The notes under the pieces were generated by a model. It worked only from the letters and a program-made list of their open reading frames with translations. It made no database searches and was not told the DNA's origin. From assembly GCA_000320545.1 (NCBI GenBank), contig ADNK01001072.1:33638-97637 (forward strand): a DNA stretch of 64,000 nucleotides, written 5' to 3'. Of this stretch, positions 10,264-27,864 are shown piece after piece (position 1 is the stretch's first letter; every line of letters begins with the position of its first letter). The DNA comes from Bigelowiella natans CCMP2755 (Eukaryota > Protista > Cercozoa). The translations under genes and the position numbers were made by a program.

Positions 10264-10819
10264 TAGTAGTAGTGTGACGAAGTAATAGCAGCTATATTGT
10301 TATCAATATCATTTGACATCTTCGGGTGTACACATCTACCAAGTGATTGAAGGAGCGTTGCTACTTCATTCGCGCGCGCAAACACAAACACAAACACACA
10401 CACCCACAAATAACGTGTATACATTATATATATTGTAATATGTGCGTATGATTTACATATATGTGCGTGTGCGTGCGCGCGCGCGTGTGTGTGTGTATTG
10501 TATTCACATAGATTCGGTGAGAAAAACTATTAAAATAGCACCTGTAGCATCAATGGGAGTCGGATTCTGCCGTACCTTTGTCATTAAAAAAATAACATCC
10601 AATGAAGAATATAAGTATGGCCAAACACATTGAATTGAAGCATGCGCGATGATGCTGCAAAGGTTGCGCTGCTCTGCCCTGTCACATAGCTTAGACCCCT
10701 TGCTCAACCAAATATCGAGACTTTCTTTTGATATTCAAAAATTCCTTTTGTAAACACACACACACACACATGCACATGCACGCACGCACACGAACACGTA
10801 TGCACATACATGAACAGAG

Positions 10820-10862
<43 letters not shown>

Positions 10863-10875
10863 TATTGAATTTCTG

Positions 10876-10910
<35 letters not shown>

Positions 10911-12044
10911 GTACACACACAATACGCATGTATGCATCTATCTTAACAGTTTTATTGCAAAACTACCTGCGATGAAGATTCCACGCCAAAACATCGGGTC
11001 CTTAAAAGAAGAACATATTTTATTTAGTGGGAGGAAGAATCTAAACACGTCATCATTGCCTTTACGACGATGATATACCCTCTCTCTCTCTCTCTCCCTC
11101 TCTCTCTGCCACTCTCTCAGATATATAGTATAACATTTGTGCGTGTGTTTATACAAGTGCTACATGGATCATCATGAGTTGTTTCATCATCGTCAATATG
11201 TATGTGCGACACACCAATAGGAACTGAGAAATAAAACTTTCCGTGAGGCCTTAAGACTCCTGCAGGGCAGGGGAAACATATGAAACCTTAGTGCTTATCA
11301 TCATCATCATCACCACCATCATTTAATAGCGTATATGTTGTAACAAGCGCCTCTTTGCAATCTCATAGCAGCTGTGATTCTGCATCAAAACAATGTTCAA
11401 GCGGTAATATCAGACCTCCTTCTCACCCCCCCTCACCCCCCTCCCCCTCCCAGGTCGCATTGCAGGACAAAAACCATCAAGGTTTTATCGCTCGTAACAG
11501 CTGTCTAGTTGTCCAGCAACAGTGAGTAGATTAGTAAAATTTGAGTTATTGTGAGTTGGTTCTCTCTCTTATTCTTCCCTCTTTGTTGGGTGATACTGCG
11601 GGAGGAAAGCACCTTTAACCATTTCCATAGCTTCCACATCGCCATTGGGGTTGATAGGGTCCCCATACCGACCAAGCCCGTCATGATCGAAGCTGTCAAC
11701 ATAAGATGATGTAGGAGGGGGTAAATACAGTATGCACCCTTTATGGGGGGACACCAGGTGCGGTCAATGCATGCAAAATGTGCAATATGCAGGTTACCTC
11801 GATATGGAGAATGCAGCATCGAATTTGAGAGTATGCTTCTTCTGATGAAACTCCTGCGATGATAGTGTATTGTCAGATAGTAACATTGCACAACCACGCG
11901 AATAGGAATTCCATCTAGAGCATAACCATCCACATTACGTTGCTTATGCAAGCAATGCATATTCTACCTCCACCGTGAGGGTTTTGAGCTGTGGGTGCTC
12001 GAAAGTTAGCTTATTGTACTCCACAGTCGTCACAGTCTGGGAGG

Positions 12045-12085
<41 letters not shown>

Positions 12086-13351
12086 CATGCTGCAACGCTT
12101 CGTCTATGATGTACATTTGGGCAATAGCAAAAGGCCTTTGATCCATGTCACCATTTGGGAAGGGGTTCCATTATTTGTCTAGCAGCATCTTTCACCTTTG
12201 CTCCGTGTGCGAGGCAGATACACTCGAAGTAGGGCTCCATCGATCCGAAAACTACCACCTCAAGTCCCTCGATGGGGTATTTGAGGAGAGCTTGGTAGAT
12301 CCAGCTGGGCTTGTTCTGCAGTCCGATACCCAACGAAATCAACCTGATATTGATGTATAAGTGTACGCTCTGCATCACGAGGGGAGTGATGGTCTCAACA
12401 AACCTTTGCATGTTGGCCTTTTGTTGCTGCACGTTCAGCAGCATAGCATCGATGTCCAAACGAGGAAATTGATAGTGAGTTCCTGAAGACGTTGTAATAA
12501 ATATACGTGAAGGGGGGGGGGGAATAAGGCAGAGCCGTACGTAAGAATACCTTCGCCACCGTTAGAATCATCGACATAGTACGATTCAACTGGAATTTTG
12601 CCCTGCATCGTGAAATCATCACGGAGGTCCACGGGGATTTCGCGGGGAGGCTAATCAATTTCGACTTCAGTAAGTAAGTCGTTTAAAACACCACGGCGCG
12701 ATGATTGTGAAGTACACCCACCACTGTTCACCGCTTCTAACAAATCAATTCGTGGTCTAGTTGCTTTAAAAATTCGCTTAGCAAGGAGTGCAGTCCCAAT
12801 GCTCCCGTAGTATTACCTCTCCTCCTGTGATTGAAGAGGCTGCCGCAGCTACCACAACGAAGATCCACAGGGATGAGCTTCCTCGCCCAGGAGCACCCAT
12901 TATTCTCCCGAAATTCCAACCCGACAACACGAAAACTGCTAAATCCTTCGGGTTTTTCTCTGTGCGACAATATCAATCTTCGGGTAATTTTGTTGTCGCA
13001 GGAGTAAAATGCATGCCGTTTTCACTTCCGCCGCGTGGGTTGGATCGAAGGAAGTGTCGTGTCGCCTCGATGCCCTCCTCCTCCTCCTCCTCCTCCTCCT
13101 CCTCCTCCTCGAGGGCAGCAACCCGACACACGTGCTAGCCCATACATCGCAACACACAGACGATACCATCTCACCTTAGAATTGCTACGTATCTGCAAGA
13201 ATGGAAGAGCTGGACAATGTAGTTGAGGCAGAAATTTCGTCGCACACCCCGCTGATGCTGTATTTTTTGCAACATTGTCAAGGATGAAACGGCGGAGGTC
13301 TTGGATCAGTTCCTCAGCCTCGACTCGGACGATGTGAGGCGCTGACAACAT
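9921..13351 (-). CDS. DUF268-family (SAM-methyltransferase-like) protein with C-terminal HDEL; start uncertain
   Basis: Spliced motifs VVVFGSMEPYFECICLAHGA, SFDHDGLGRYGDPINPNGDVEAM, VLRPHGKFYFSVPIG, PDVLAWNLHR|RYGRIRLPLMLQ|GW. Last exon ends SEKTHDEL-TAG (9921). Confidence 0.85.
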
Positions 13352-13793
13352 TTTCTTTGATCTAAATTATTATGATTTAGGCGTGAAAAGTTGTTTTATG
13401 TGATCAGTTGCAAAGATTAGCTCAGCAAATGCAGCTCCAGTTCGACGTAATCTTTGCCATCATATTTCCGATTCGTGCCTCTTTTTGTTTCGGCGCAACA
13501 CGAACAGAGCCCATAGAAATGCACTTATAATATTAAGATCTAATTTGCATCCGGTGGCGACTGCTGACTAGCTTGAATTTCTCGATCAGAACCAGCTCTT
13601 CGAGCATAAGTTGCAGGATGATCACGGCTTAGGCATCATCGATTCAAATGTACGTACACACTCATAAAACCTGTCTGTTGTGAAGAAAAATCGTCAAGTG
13701 GTAGGTCCGTTTCATGAGCGAGAAGTCAATGTATAACTGAATTATCCGTGTCTGTGCACGATCGACTGCCTGTTACAGACCAATGAAGGCGAG

Positions 13794-16972
<3,179 letters not shown>

Positions 16973-17771
16973 ACATTCTATCATCACAACACGAATACAG
17001 AACTGCATAGCTCAATATGAATTATCGTCAAATTAGGGAATGCACAGGGCTGTCGAAATGGCGCCTAAGGAGGGCAGCAGTATTCACCAAACCACCAATA
17101 GCAATAGTAGGAAAAATACTGCCCCCATCACTAGCCAATCGAAGAGAGGGAACTTAGATAGTAAAAATAGATTAGGAAACAATGGTAGCAATGCTAACAG
17201 CCTTGTTAACAGGAAGCGTTCCAGAATTAGCATGTCATAAATTAGGAAGACGCTAAGCTAGTAATGTTAGGCACTTCCTGTTCCTGTCTTCTGTTTGCTC
17301 GATCTTCATCATTGTTGTATTAAACACAATAGAACAGGCTATGTCATAAAATAGGACAGGCTGCTAAGATGTTTGTTGTGGCTTGCCGTCTGACAACATG
17401 TATGCACATGCCATGACCTTTGTTCATATACATCGTTTTGTATCATGCGTTTAGCGTGCGTACACACATTGCGAATATAAAATGCAGCTGCAGGCGCTGC
17501 ATGGGAGTAGTGCACCGCTCCTACCACTAGTAGACATCACATGTAAAACGGAGTACGGCTGTTATGGCCAACTCACGATGAGACAGGATACATAGCGCTA
17601 TAATCTAGTGATGTCATCCAGCGAATATCAACGTGTCCAATCCGCGTTGACAGAACACAGCAAGCCCACAGAACGCGTAGTAGCATACAAACAATGAATT
17701 AGTATATAGTTTAAATGCATGTTGATCGAATAGAGTTTCCTAACGTTTATCCCACGGACATCATAAATGAG

Positions 17772-18575
17772 CTATTTCGAAGTGAAGCCTCCGTCAACTG
17801 GCAACGAGATCCCGGTAATGAAGTCGTTCTGCGGGTCGGCAAGGAACAGAACTGCGCTTGCAACATCTTTTACTTTTCCCGGCCTCTTGATTATGTGCAC
17901 CGCTTTTGCAAACTGCTGTGCGCCTTCAGCTCCACCGGTCATGTCCGTTTCGATGACCCCTGGTGCTACTGCATTGATGCGGATGTTATGATTCGCGGCC
18001 TCGGCTGCAACATACTTAACGATGCCTGTGACGGCAAACTTGGAGGAAGTATACCCGCTGTTGTTCTGCAGGTTCTCTTGGGAAACTAGACCTACCGCCG
18101 AACTGTTAATGACTACAGAGCCACCTTTGTTTTGAGCTACCAGCTGCTTCAACGCGTACTTGAGGCCAAGCTGCACTCCAAACACGTTGACATGGTAGTT
18201 CTTCTGCCAGGTTTTGCTGTCTGCCTCCCAGATTGGCTTGTTATCAGAAGAGAATACCCCTGCGTTCAGGAACACCGCATTGATCGAGCCGAACGCTTTG
18301 ACAGCTTCCTCGATGAGGGTTTTGTTGTCTGCTTCAATGCTAATATCCGCCTTGACTGCGATGGCTTTGGAGTCGAGCTCCTTTATCTCATCAACCAGAC
18401 TTTTCAGTCGATCATCACGTCTCGCAGCAACCACAACGTTGGCACCCTCCTTGGCAAAGGCTAGAGCTGTGTTGCGCCCGATGCCAGACGATGCACCGGT
18501 GACAACCACGGTCTGGTCTTTAAACCGGCGACTTTGAGGCTGAGCGGAGGTCTGGCTTGTGTTCACGGTAGACAT
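17772..18575 (-). CDS. Classical short-chain dehydrogenase/reductase (SDR), copy 1, intronless
   Basis: TGASSGIG, LNAG, catalytic YTSSK and IRINAVAPGVIETDM motifs, ending ITGISLPVDGG; 267 aa. Confidence 0.97.
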   Translation of the reverse strand: MSTVNTSQTSAQPQSRRFKDQTVVVTGASSGIGRNTALAFAKEGANVVVAARRDDRLKSLVDEIKELDSKAIAVKADISIEADNKTLIEEAVKAFGSINAVFLNAGVFSSDNKPIWEADSKTWQKNYHVNVFGVQLGLKYALKQLVAQNKGGSVVINSSAVGLVSQENLQNNSGYTSSKFAVTGIVKYVAAEAANHNIRINAVAPGVIETDMTGGAEGAQQFAKAVHIIKRPGKVKDVASAVLFLADPQNDFITGISLPVDGGFTSK

Positions 18576-18660
18576 AGTATGGTATTGTGTTTAGTAGCGA
18601 GGGTTTGGGTGCTTGGATTATGCGAGGATGTGATTCCACTGACGGAGGCATCCTCGGCGA

Positions 18661-19046
18661 TCGATCAAGAGAAGGAAGCGGCTCTTCTTCTTCCTGCATT
18701 GACTTCAGTTCCGAAAAACCCTTCGACAAGAGATTTCAAAACGTCGCCTCGTTCAATTCACAAGCATTTCTTGCACTTGCATCATAGATCTAATCGGCAT
18801 GCAGAAAGGAAGCCAACAGCAACCTCTCTTTATTTCGGAGTGAGCAATCTCTGGCTGCTGCGTAATCGGCATGTGCCGGTAACAAGAAGAAGTCTTTCTG
18901 GGTTCCTTCTTGAGCGCTGCGACAATGAATAGTCACTGTTCATACGATGTTTTCCGTTGTTTTTTTGTTGCGTGTAGAACATGTAAGGTACTCGCAGCAT
19001 GGAAGTCTTGCGTCATGAACGAAGTCTGTCGCATCATGCAAAAAGG
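18661..19046 (-). promoter_or_regulatory. Conserved upstream blocks shared by the two SDR copies (18661-18693 and 18893-19046)
   Basis: Reverse-complement matches to 36175-36207 and 36016-36167. The sequence between these blocks and the ATG has diverged. Confidence 0.6.
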
Positions 19047-19348
19047 ATATCACCTTGTTTTTTTGTGACATAAAGTACTTTTTCGCGGGAGAGTGTTCCC
19101 GATTTTTATGAAATATTTTTAGCGACAATCCATAACATTTGTCGCGAATTCCGATTGTTCGTGGGTTTCGCAACCGATGAAGAGTGACAGTGCACTCCTG
19201 GGACAAAGAATTTACACAACTTTTAACGGTTTGATAGTATCTGCTAATCTCTTTTTGCGACATCATCTTTCGATTGTCGTAGATTATAATATCCACACAT
19301 CTCCACAGATTTCGCCTTCCGTCCTCTTGCCCACCTCCTTCCAGAAGG

Positions 19349-19723
19349 ATGCGGTTAGAGGATGTTGTCCTTTACCAAAAATATATGGTGGATGGGAAGA
19401 AAATGGGGGTTGTTATGTTCAAGGGGAAAACACGCTTCGGCAAAGGTGAATGGGTGGGGCTTTCACTTGAGCGCCAAGGGGCTGGTTACCACAATGGAAC
19501 TTATCAGGACATAGAATACTTCAGGTAATAGTTGTAGTATTCTGAGTTCGCACCGGTTAATGATTAAGAATTTGTACAGATGTAATCCTGGACACGGGAT
19601 TTTTGTTCGACCTTCAGCACTTGCATCGTGCCCCACTGGTACCTTTGAAAAGGTAGACACCGAAGAATTGAAGGTACACGACACGTCTCCCATCGCCTGT
19701 AGTCCACCAGCGAATATAATAGG

Positions 19724-19773
<50 letters not shown>

Positions 19774-22700
19774 CTTTAACTTGCAATAAAAACTCATTTT
19801 CTAATTGAAAGGATCAGAATCGGTCGGGACACAACGTTCGGACCCATTCGATGGAGCAAAGAGCAGAGATGGTCTTTCTTCAAATTCAAAACGTGTTAAC
19901 ACTTTCAAAATTATTGTTGTATTAATTGTTGTGTTGGCATTGTTTATGCTTCTCTAGCTTGCAGAGCTCAAAGTAAATGATGGAGAGAACCTCCCCGACG
20001 TCTCAAACTCTGCTATTCTTCGCGCAATAGCGGAAAGCCGCAGCAATCTCTTCGCGGATAAAGACAACACAACTGGAGGTGGAGAGTTTGGGGATGAAGA
20101 TGGGAAATTTGAAACAATTCAAGAAACTAAAATTCCCTTCAATAGCCCTGAAAAGGAGAAGGTAAACTCGAGTGTAAAGAGTCCTGTACGGAGTTCGACC
20201 TCGAATAAATCAAAGAAAAGGCAACAAAGAGTGGCAAGTGGAGTTTGGGTATGGGGAGAAAATAGACATGGTGAGCTAGGTATTGGCGAGCCAATACGGG
20301 GAAATTCAAAGTGCCAGCATCGCCCAGCTCAGGTGAAAACGGCAGAGGGAAGTGCCAAAGTTGCCCAGATTGTGCTGGGACAGCAGCACTCAGTTGTGCT
20401 CAGCGCCGATAGTAGCGTGTACACCTGTGGTTCTTGGACAAATGGTCTTCTCGGAATTCCAAAAATCAGTAATGACATCTACAGGTGAGATCACTCAAGG
20501 ACTGTCACCTCTTCCCCCCTCCTCTAAATTGTACTACTACATATGAATTTTGATGACTAAACTGTACGGCACTGCGAGATGTTCCTAGACCAAAACAACA
20601 GTCTTTCCTCCAGCAGTGATCTTTTTGAAATAGCCTCCCCTACTGTACATATTTTAACTAGCTTCTTATCTACGTGGGTAGGTACCGAAGGGTGAAGTCC
20701 TTAGGCTCCAAAAGTGTCCATATAGCTTGTGGTAATCACCATACGGTGGCTATCAAGGAAGACGGCCGGTTATGGGCTTGGGGGGGTACGCTGCACGGCA
20801 AACTTGGACACCTAGAAGCGCATGGCGGACTATGCCAAGTTTCTGGGCTTTATGATCAGAAAGTTGTCGATGTTGACTGTGGGAAAACGCATACGATCCT
20901 CTGCACGGACGACGGCGTGGTGTACGTTTTCGGCATCCTCCCCGGAGTAGACGGCTTGAGTAAGACCACCGGTTCTTCGCCAACGAGGAGGAGGCAGACT
21001 ATAGGAGCTGCAAGGTACGTTGCTCCTCGTGCAGTCAAGGGCGCTCTTGGGTTGTGCAGGGTGGTGAGCGTTGCAGCAGGGACACAGCACAATCTCGTCT
21101 GCAGTGAAGATGGAGAGCTGTACTCCTGGGGCCTCAACGACTATGGCCAGCTGGGCTATGGTACAACCCAGAGCAGCCGGACTCCCAAGCTGGTGAAAAT
21201 GGAAGAGAAGACGATATCGATTTCGTGCGGCGACAAACACAGTCTTGTGGTTGACTGCTCCGGGAAGCTCTTCTCGTTTGGCTGCGGCATTCACGGCCAA
21301 CTAGGCCACGGAGTTTCACGCAATGAGCGAAGGCCAAGGAGAGTCGATGCCTTTCAAGGGAGGGTTCTTCAAGCGGAAGCAGGTAGCAACCACTCCGTCG
21401 TTCTTACATGTGATGGAGAGGTGTACACATGGGGTCTGGGAAATCGAGGGCAACTGGGCCATGGAACCTTGTCGGACTCCTCAAAACCGACGCTTGTTAC
21501 CGGTTTGCCGAAGGGGATTATCAAGCAAGTTGCAGCTGGAGGCTCACACACCCTGGCATCAGAGATCCCATTCTTGCCAGTCAAGGAAATGCTCGCACGT
21601 CTCGATTCAAAGTCTCCTGCTGCTGTTCAAGAGAGGAGGAGAGAGATGGCACAACTGTCGTCCTCGTCGTCGTCGTCTTTATTGAGATCTCCTACAACTA
21701 TTGGCCACCACTCTGTACAGCATACTCAAGGAGGAGGAAGAAAGGAACTATTGCGCATTGAAGATGATGATCCTCTAAAGCCTCCTCCCGATGATGCTGC
21801 TGCCCCTGTGTCGAAGAACGTTAACACAGGCACGAATAACAGTGATATATTACTGCCATGCACTTCTCCGCCTGAAAGCAACCACTCGTCGTTCTGCCGA
21901 ATCAACACCACACCACCCACCGCCACAAAACTGCCCTCGCCCCCTGAGCTTCCGCCCCCCTCATTTGAAGAATCCGCAATTATGAGGGCCACAGCGAGAA
22001 AGATCTACTTTGAGGATGATGACAGTTGTATTACCAAGCAGATGGTGGAGGAGCAGTTAGGAGAGGGAGGAAGGGGGGCCAAGAGTACTTCCACCAGCAT
22101 CATCGCACGCTCAGCCGGTAATGTGGTGACGGTGACTTCGATCAATGACTTATCGAGCGCTGCGACTCTACAGACATTCAAGATCGAGGAGGAGGAGGAT
22201 GATGAGGTGGATGACCACGAATTGAAGCAGCAATGCGATGCTAATGATGGTGGTGGTGGAGTCGGTGCTTTGTCACCAACATCACCACCTCTCCGCTGCG
22301 CTACGGGTACAAATGAGAGTACGACCGCTGGCAAGGGAGGCGAGCATCCTCCTCCTCCTTCTTCTGTGCTCACACCAAAAGGAACACCAGTTTTCTCCAA
22401 AGGTTGTCTATGTCTCACTACCCTTTCATCTTCACCATGCGTTGTCTTGTCCTTTCTCTTCCACTTTGATCTCTCTTCGCTGTGAACGAATCTCGTGGTG
22501 GTAGTAGTAGCCTTAACTTATGATGTTTCAACAAAGGAAATCTGCTGCCGCTGCCCCCTCCTCAACCCACACCGTCTCCATCAATGGGCACAGCAGCAGC
22601 TGACCACAGCACGAGGATGGATGCAACAATAATTGCAAAAAGCGATTTGAAAGGTGGAAGACGACGCGAAGATGATCATGATCATAGCAGAAGCAGTATT

Positions 22701-23056
22701 AGGGGGAGAATAGGCAGTCCCGTCGTGAATATGTCTCCGTCTCCAATAAAGGGTACTTACTTAGTCGCATCGCCTTGATTTTCCCAATCGAATTGCAAAT
22801 GATTGAAAGAGAGAAGGGCGGGATACATCCGGTGCCTTTATGCCTATTCTAAGCAGAGTAGTCTGTGTTATTCAGAAGACTATATTATCGTAGCAGTAGT
22901 AGTAGTAGTAGTAGTAGTAGTATCGATGGTTGTGGTAGTTGAAACGAAGCCCCGCTTGTCTTAGAGCTAAAAGGGTAAAGTACTACCGACATCAAACGGA
23001 TTAGTTCCCTCCCTTTTAACTTCTCTTATGACGCCCTCATCGTCGTCGTCACTAAC

Positions 23057-23095
<39 letters not shown>

Positions 23096-23527
23096 TCCCC
23101 CTTTTCTCTTTCTACCACCCCCCCCCGTTCCTCCTTCTCTTCTTCTTTCTATAGTTGCGTCAAGAGGTTCGAGAGGTGTTGCAGCAGCAGCAGGGTTTAT
23201 GATGACCACATCATCACCACCGGCGACATCTCCGCACTCATCAAGATTCCTGCTCCATCATAGCAACCGGGGCTCGGCAGCCTCCTTTCATTCGACGCGA
23301 GGAGGAGGAGGAGGAGGAGGACAAAATTATTCCAGCACTACAAGACAGCAGCAATGGCTTGATGCGTCTCACACGAGCTCAGGAGTGAATAGCCCAGAAT
23401 CCTTGGCAAAGTCAGTTTAATTTGTCCCACCCAAGACTACTATCACTACTAATACTACTAATACTACTAATACTACCACTATTAACCACCATCTCCAGCA
23501 GGTATGCTGACCCTCCCCCTCCTCCTC

Positions 23528-23558
<31 letters not shown>

Positions 23559-26069
23559 TCCTCCCCCTCCTCCTTTCTCTGTGCCCCCCCTCTCTCTCTT
23601 TCTCCCTCTCTCCTCTTTCATAGATATCTAGGCGGAGGTGATTCGCGAGTGTCGTCTCGTGCAAATCTCTTCGAGAGCGCCGACAGTCTACCCGACGTTT
23701 TCTGTCGATCGCGACTAGAAGAAGAAGAAGACGAAGAGGGGGGTGAAGCTGAAGGAATAGAAGAGGGAAAAGATGATAATGATGAAAAAGGAGGAGGAGG
23801 AGGAGGAGGAGGGCACAAAGCAGTGCTATCATCATCATCATCATCATCACCAATTGCTGGTCTTAACAAGCTCTTATCATCTCCGAGGTCTCCTCCTCCG
23901 GTGATTCCTGAAGTTGTAGAGGGATTTGGCTCCACCATTAAACCTAAACCTGCTGCTGCTGAGGGGGGGGATAATGCCACAGATTCTGCTGCTGCTGCCG
24001 ATGTTACTTCGACCCTTCCCCCAATTTCATCATTGCCATCCCCGTCTTCAAAGACAATGGAGATTAGTGAAGAGCAGCCTGGTGGTGGTGTTGGGGTTGT
24101 TTTTAAGGGGAGAGAAAGGAAGAGAAGCAGCTTGGCAGCGGTGGCGTCTTCCTCCCCTGAGTCATCAGAGACCAAGACAGACGAACAAAGACAAGTAATG
24201 ATGATGCTCCAGAAAAGCACTAGTGATAATAATGGTCATGAGGATGATGATGATGATGATCGCACAATGCGTGTCAGTAGTAGCCAACTTAGCTTCAGCA
24301 CCAGCAACAACAACAACAACAACTACGGCATCAGAAAGAAAGCCGCTGCTCAAAACAACAATAGCCGCCATGGGGACGAGGAGAAAGAAGAGGAGAGGGA
24401 GGAAAGCAAGAAGGCGAATGGGAAAAATATCGAAGAAGCACGTGATGATGATGGTAATTACCATCATCCCGAAAGCAGCAAGCTTTTACCCAACAACATA
24501 CCTCACAACACTCATAATACTTTGATAGTAGCTGCGGCGAAGGACAGAGGGTTAATGAATAGCGTGCCTTCTTCTGCTACTACTACTACTACCACAAACG
24601 CTGTGGCTACATTGATGGAGATAGGTCATGATGATGATGGAGCAGCAGCAGCAGGAGGAGGAGGAGGAGGAGCAGCAGCAGCAGCAGAAAAATTTAATCC
24701 GCAGCAACAAGAGGAGAAGCAGAAGGAGGGGGAGGGGCTAGAGTCAATCCACAGCGATAATCATGTGAAACACATCGATGATGATGATGATGGTGATGGT
24801 GATGGTGAAAGGAACATACATACCGATCAGCTCCCAACGCTCAACGGAGGACGAGGTGGGGGGGGAAGCAGAAACGAGAGTAATGGGCATAATGCCGAAT
24901 GCAATCAAGACAAATACAATGCGACTGAGAGCAAGAAGGACTCCATTATGATGACTACTCCCACTGGGTTGCTGCTGCGGGGAAAAATAAACAATAATAA
25001 TGTAGATAAAAATAGTAGCAGAGACTTTCAGGAAAGTGACTCTGCCGTCAGTAGCATCAAGGGAGATATCTCCGCTGCTTTCCAGCTTTTCAACCAGGTA
25101 TTTGTTGGCTATGATGCGCTTCGTAGTTGTAGGAGAATGGCTACATTTCAACCAATATCCTCCCTCCCAGTATTCGCACTGTCGATGTGATTATGTCTCC
25201 CCCCCCCCCCCCCCTTTTTTATTAGGATTCTTTAAATGATTCTCTGGGAATGAGCCGACTTGGTAGTAATTCAATTGAAAACAGCTACATGGCAATACTA
25301 TTTATTACTAATGGACGCGGTATATGAAGATGACAACAATGTTTTTCCATCAAAAAACGGTACCTCTTTTGTCATCCAATATATTGCTGACTCTTCAATT
25401 GTTACCGTTATTTTGCTCCAGACGAGGTCAACATCACGCATGATGAGCAGTCCCTTGGTGGTGGTGGTGGGGGGGGGATCAGTTTTCTTGACGATGATGC
25501 GTCGTTGCAGTACAGCAACATTGGAGGAAAAAGAAGAATGAGACGGATAGGAGGAGAAGAGGCACTAACGCCAGCATATTCGGCCAAGAAGAAGCAAAGT
25601 CAGCGGCAACCCAGCTCTTTAAGAAAAGTCGCTATTGGCTCCAACCTCAATACTTTCCCTTCTTCTTCTTCTTCTTCTTCTACTGCTACTACATCTTCCG
25701 AGAATGAGAAGAAGAAACCATCGTCGTCGTCGTCATCGTCGTCGTCATCATCTGGGATGTTCGCTGTCCCTGAGGTTCCTGCCCACCATCGTCACAAAAG
25801 CAGTAGTAACCATCTCGACAAAGGGAGAGGAGGCACGCCATCGTCAACACCAGCACGAGCAGCTGCATCAGGGCCTTCTCGAAGACGACGCCATTTAGAA
25901 TTCACTCCTACATTGCGGGAGAGGCAACGAGGAGGAGGAGGGAACGCTACCTTGGATGAGTCGAAGGTAGTAAATGGCAAAGAAGGTGGAGGACGATAAT
26001 ATTGTTCGGGGGGGGGGGGGGGGGATTTTAATCATGCTATAATCATTAGTATAATCATTGCATCTTCGA

Positions 26070-26112
<43 letters not shown>

Positions 26113-26249
26113 GGTCGGAAGAAGATATAGTGGCACTGCCATTGCCAATGCAAGCGATGCCTCCTTACTTGCTTTTGAGGACCACGAAGGAAGAGAAGGA
26201 GGAAGAACACGCGTCTCTGCTGCGGAAATGCTACAAACAGAAGACAATC

Positions 26250-26286
<37 letters not shown>

Positions 26287-27610
26287 GTGTGTTGTGATAC
26301 TAATCGTTGTGCGTTTGAGAAGTGATGAATGACGACTATCATGGCGTCGGTGGTGGTGGTGTTGGTTTTGCCCTTTTTCTCATCTTTCATTTGCAGAACG
26401 TCCCTCCCCATGTGATTCGGTTTGCGCACCGTTTCCTGACCGTCCTGACCCACCACACGTGGCCAGAGCTGCGTGTCCGTCTTCAAAACTTCGTACGAGA
26501 CGTGGAGAAGAACGACACCGGCCTCATTGATGCTCATGTACGTTTGGAGAGAGGGGGGGGGGGGGGCGATATAGCTTATATTATCAGCAAATTCGCAATG
26601 TGGATGATGAGGGTGAATGTTGTTTCTCAGGTTACTGTGAGTGAGGTGGAGCGCGACTCCATTTGCCATCCTGTTGGCCACGATTCGGTATGAATGCTTT
26701 CATAATCCCTTCCTCCCTTCTTTCCTTCCCCTTTAGACCTGACCCACTCATACAATATAACATACATTCACGGTTACTACTACTAGTAGTGCTATGACAG
26801 CTATGTCGCAATTTCATCCTCCTCTTTCCCCCCCACCCTCCTCCTTGTGCTTTCCCCCTTGGCTACTCAGTTTATAGCGGGCATAACCACGCCTTTCAAG
26901 CAGAAAAAGGCACAGCAGAGACTTCGGCGCATACCTGACACGCCGATATCATCTCTTCTCTCATCATCGAAGATGGGGCTGGTTGGTGGAGGAGGAGGAG
27001 CAGGTGGTGGTAGTTGCAAGAAGAAGAGAATGTGAATCAATGAAAGAATGGGTGTGCGATGTCGCTGTCACTGAGATGATGGTTCAATGATCCCTCTTCG
27101 TCTCTTTTCCTTCTGTCCTCTTTCTGTTCGCTGCTCTTGGTCGTTTAGATGAGAATTCGCAGCGGGCAAATGCTGTAGGAGGAGAAGGGATGATAAATTT
27201 GCTTCAAGCGACAGGTTTTGTGTGATTAGTAGTAATAGTTGTTGCACGTGGTACCCTTATTTTTTTTTCTTTGGTATATTCTTCTTCCTCCCCATTGTCC
27301 TCACTATTGTCGCCATCGCGCTTGTCCCTGCCCATTTGCTCCGCAGTGATGATAATATCTGCTGGTGGAGCTCATGCAGACAACAAGAACAAGGAACTCT
27401 TCAATATGCACGTAATTACCATCCCGCCGTCATCGTTATTGCGAGTATACGATGTGTTGTGTGAGCGTGGCTGATGATTGGTCGATGGGCTATTATTTCA
27501 CTTCTTTTTACCCATTGTCGCTCCAACAAACAGCTGGGTCCTATATCGTATGAGGACGAATCACCGTCTTGCCGTTCTCTGGCTCCGAGGAAGAATGAGA
27601 AGGTTCATGT

Positions 27611-27647
<37 letters not shown>

Positions 27648-27864
27648 TTGGTCGGCTCTCCTCTGATCGATTACAACGAACGACAACATGATGCTGTGTG
27701 TTTGTGTGTGTGTTTATGTGTGTGTGTGTGTGCAGATGAGGAGAGAGTTTGGCCTCTTGAATAACGAAATCATTGGGAGAGGACAGGGGCTGTTAGAAGG
27801 AGGAGGAGGAGAGGAAAGTCGCCGCCAACGCATTCTCGCTCTCCACTCCCCACCATCGAAGTGA
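19349..27864 (+). CDS. CAP-Gly domain + RCC1-repeat beta-propeller protein with a long low-complexity region; 3' extent uncertain
   Basis: MRLEDVVLYQKYMVDGKKMGVVMFKGKTRFGKGEWVGLSLERQGAGYHNGTYQDIEYFR|CNPGHGIFVR (CAP-Gly). About seven RCC1 repeats at 20240-21560 (VWVWGENRHGELG, LYSWGLNDYGQLG, VYTWGLGNRGQLGHG). S/G/D/E-rich exon ~23623-25097. Further + strand exons run to TGA 27864. Confidence 0.8.

Noticed and set aside
17715-18537. Antisense ORFs over SDR copy 1 (mirrored at 36448-37197)
   Set aside because: Shadow ORFs of the SDR coding strand with no independent support.
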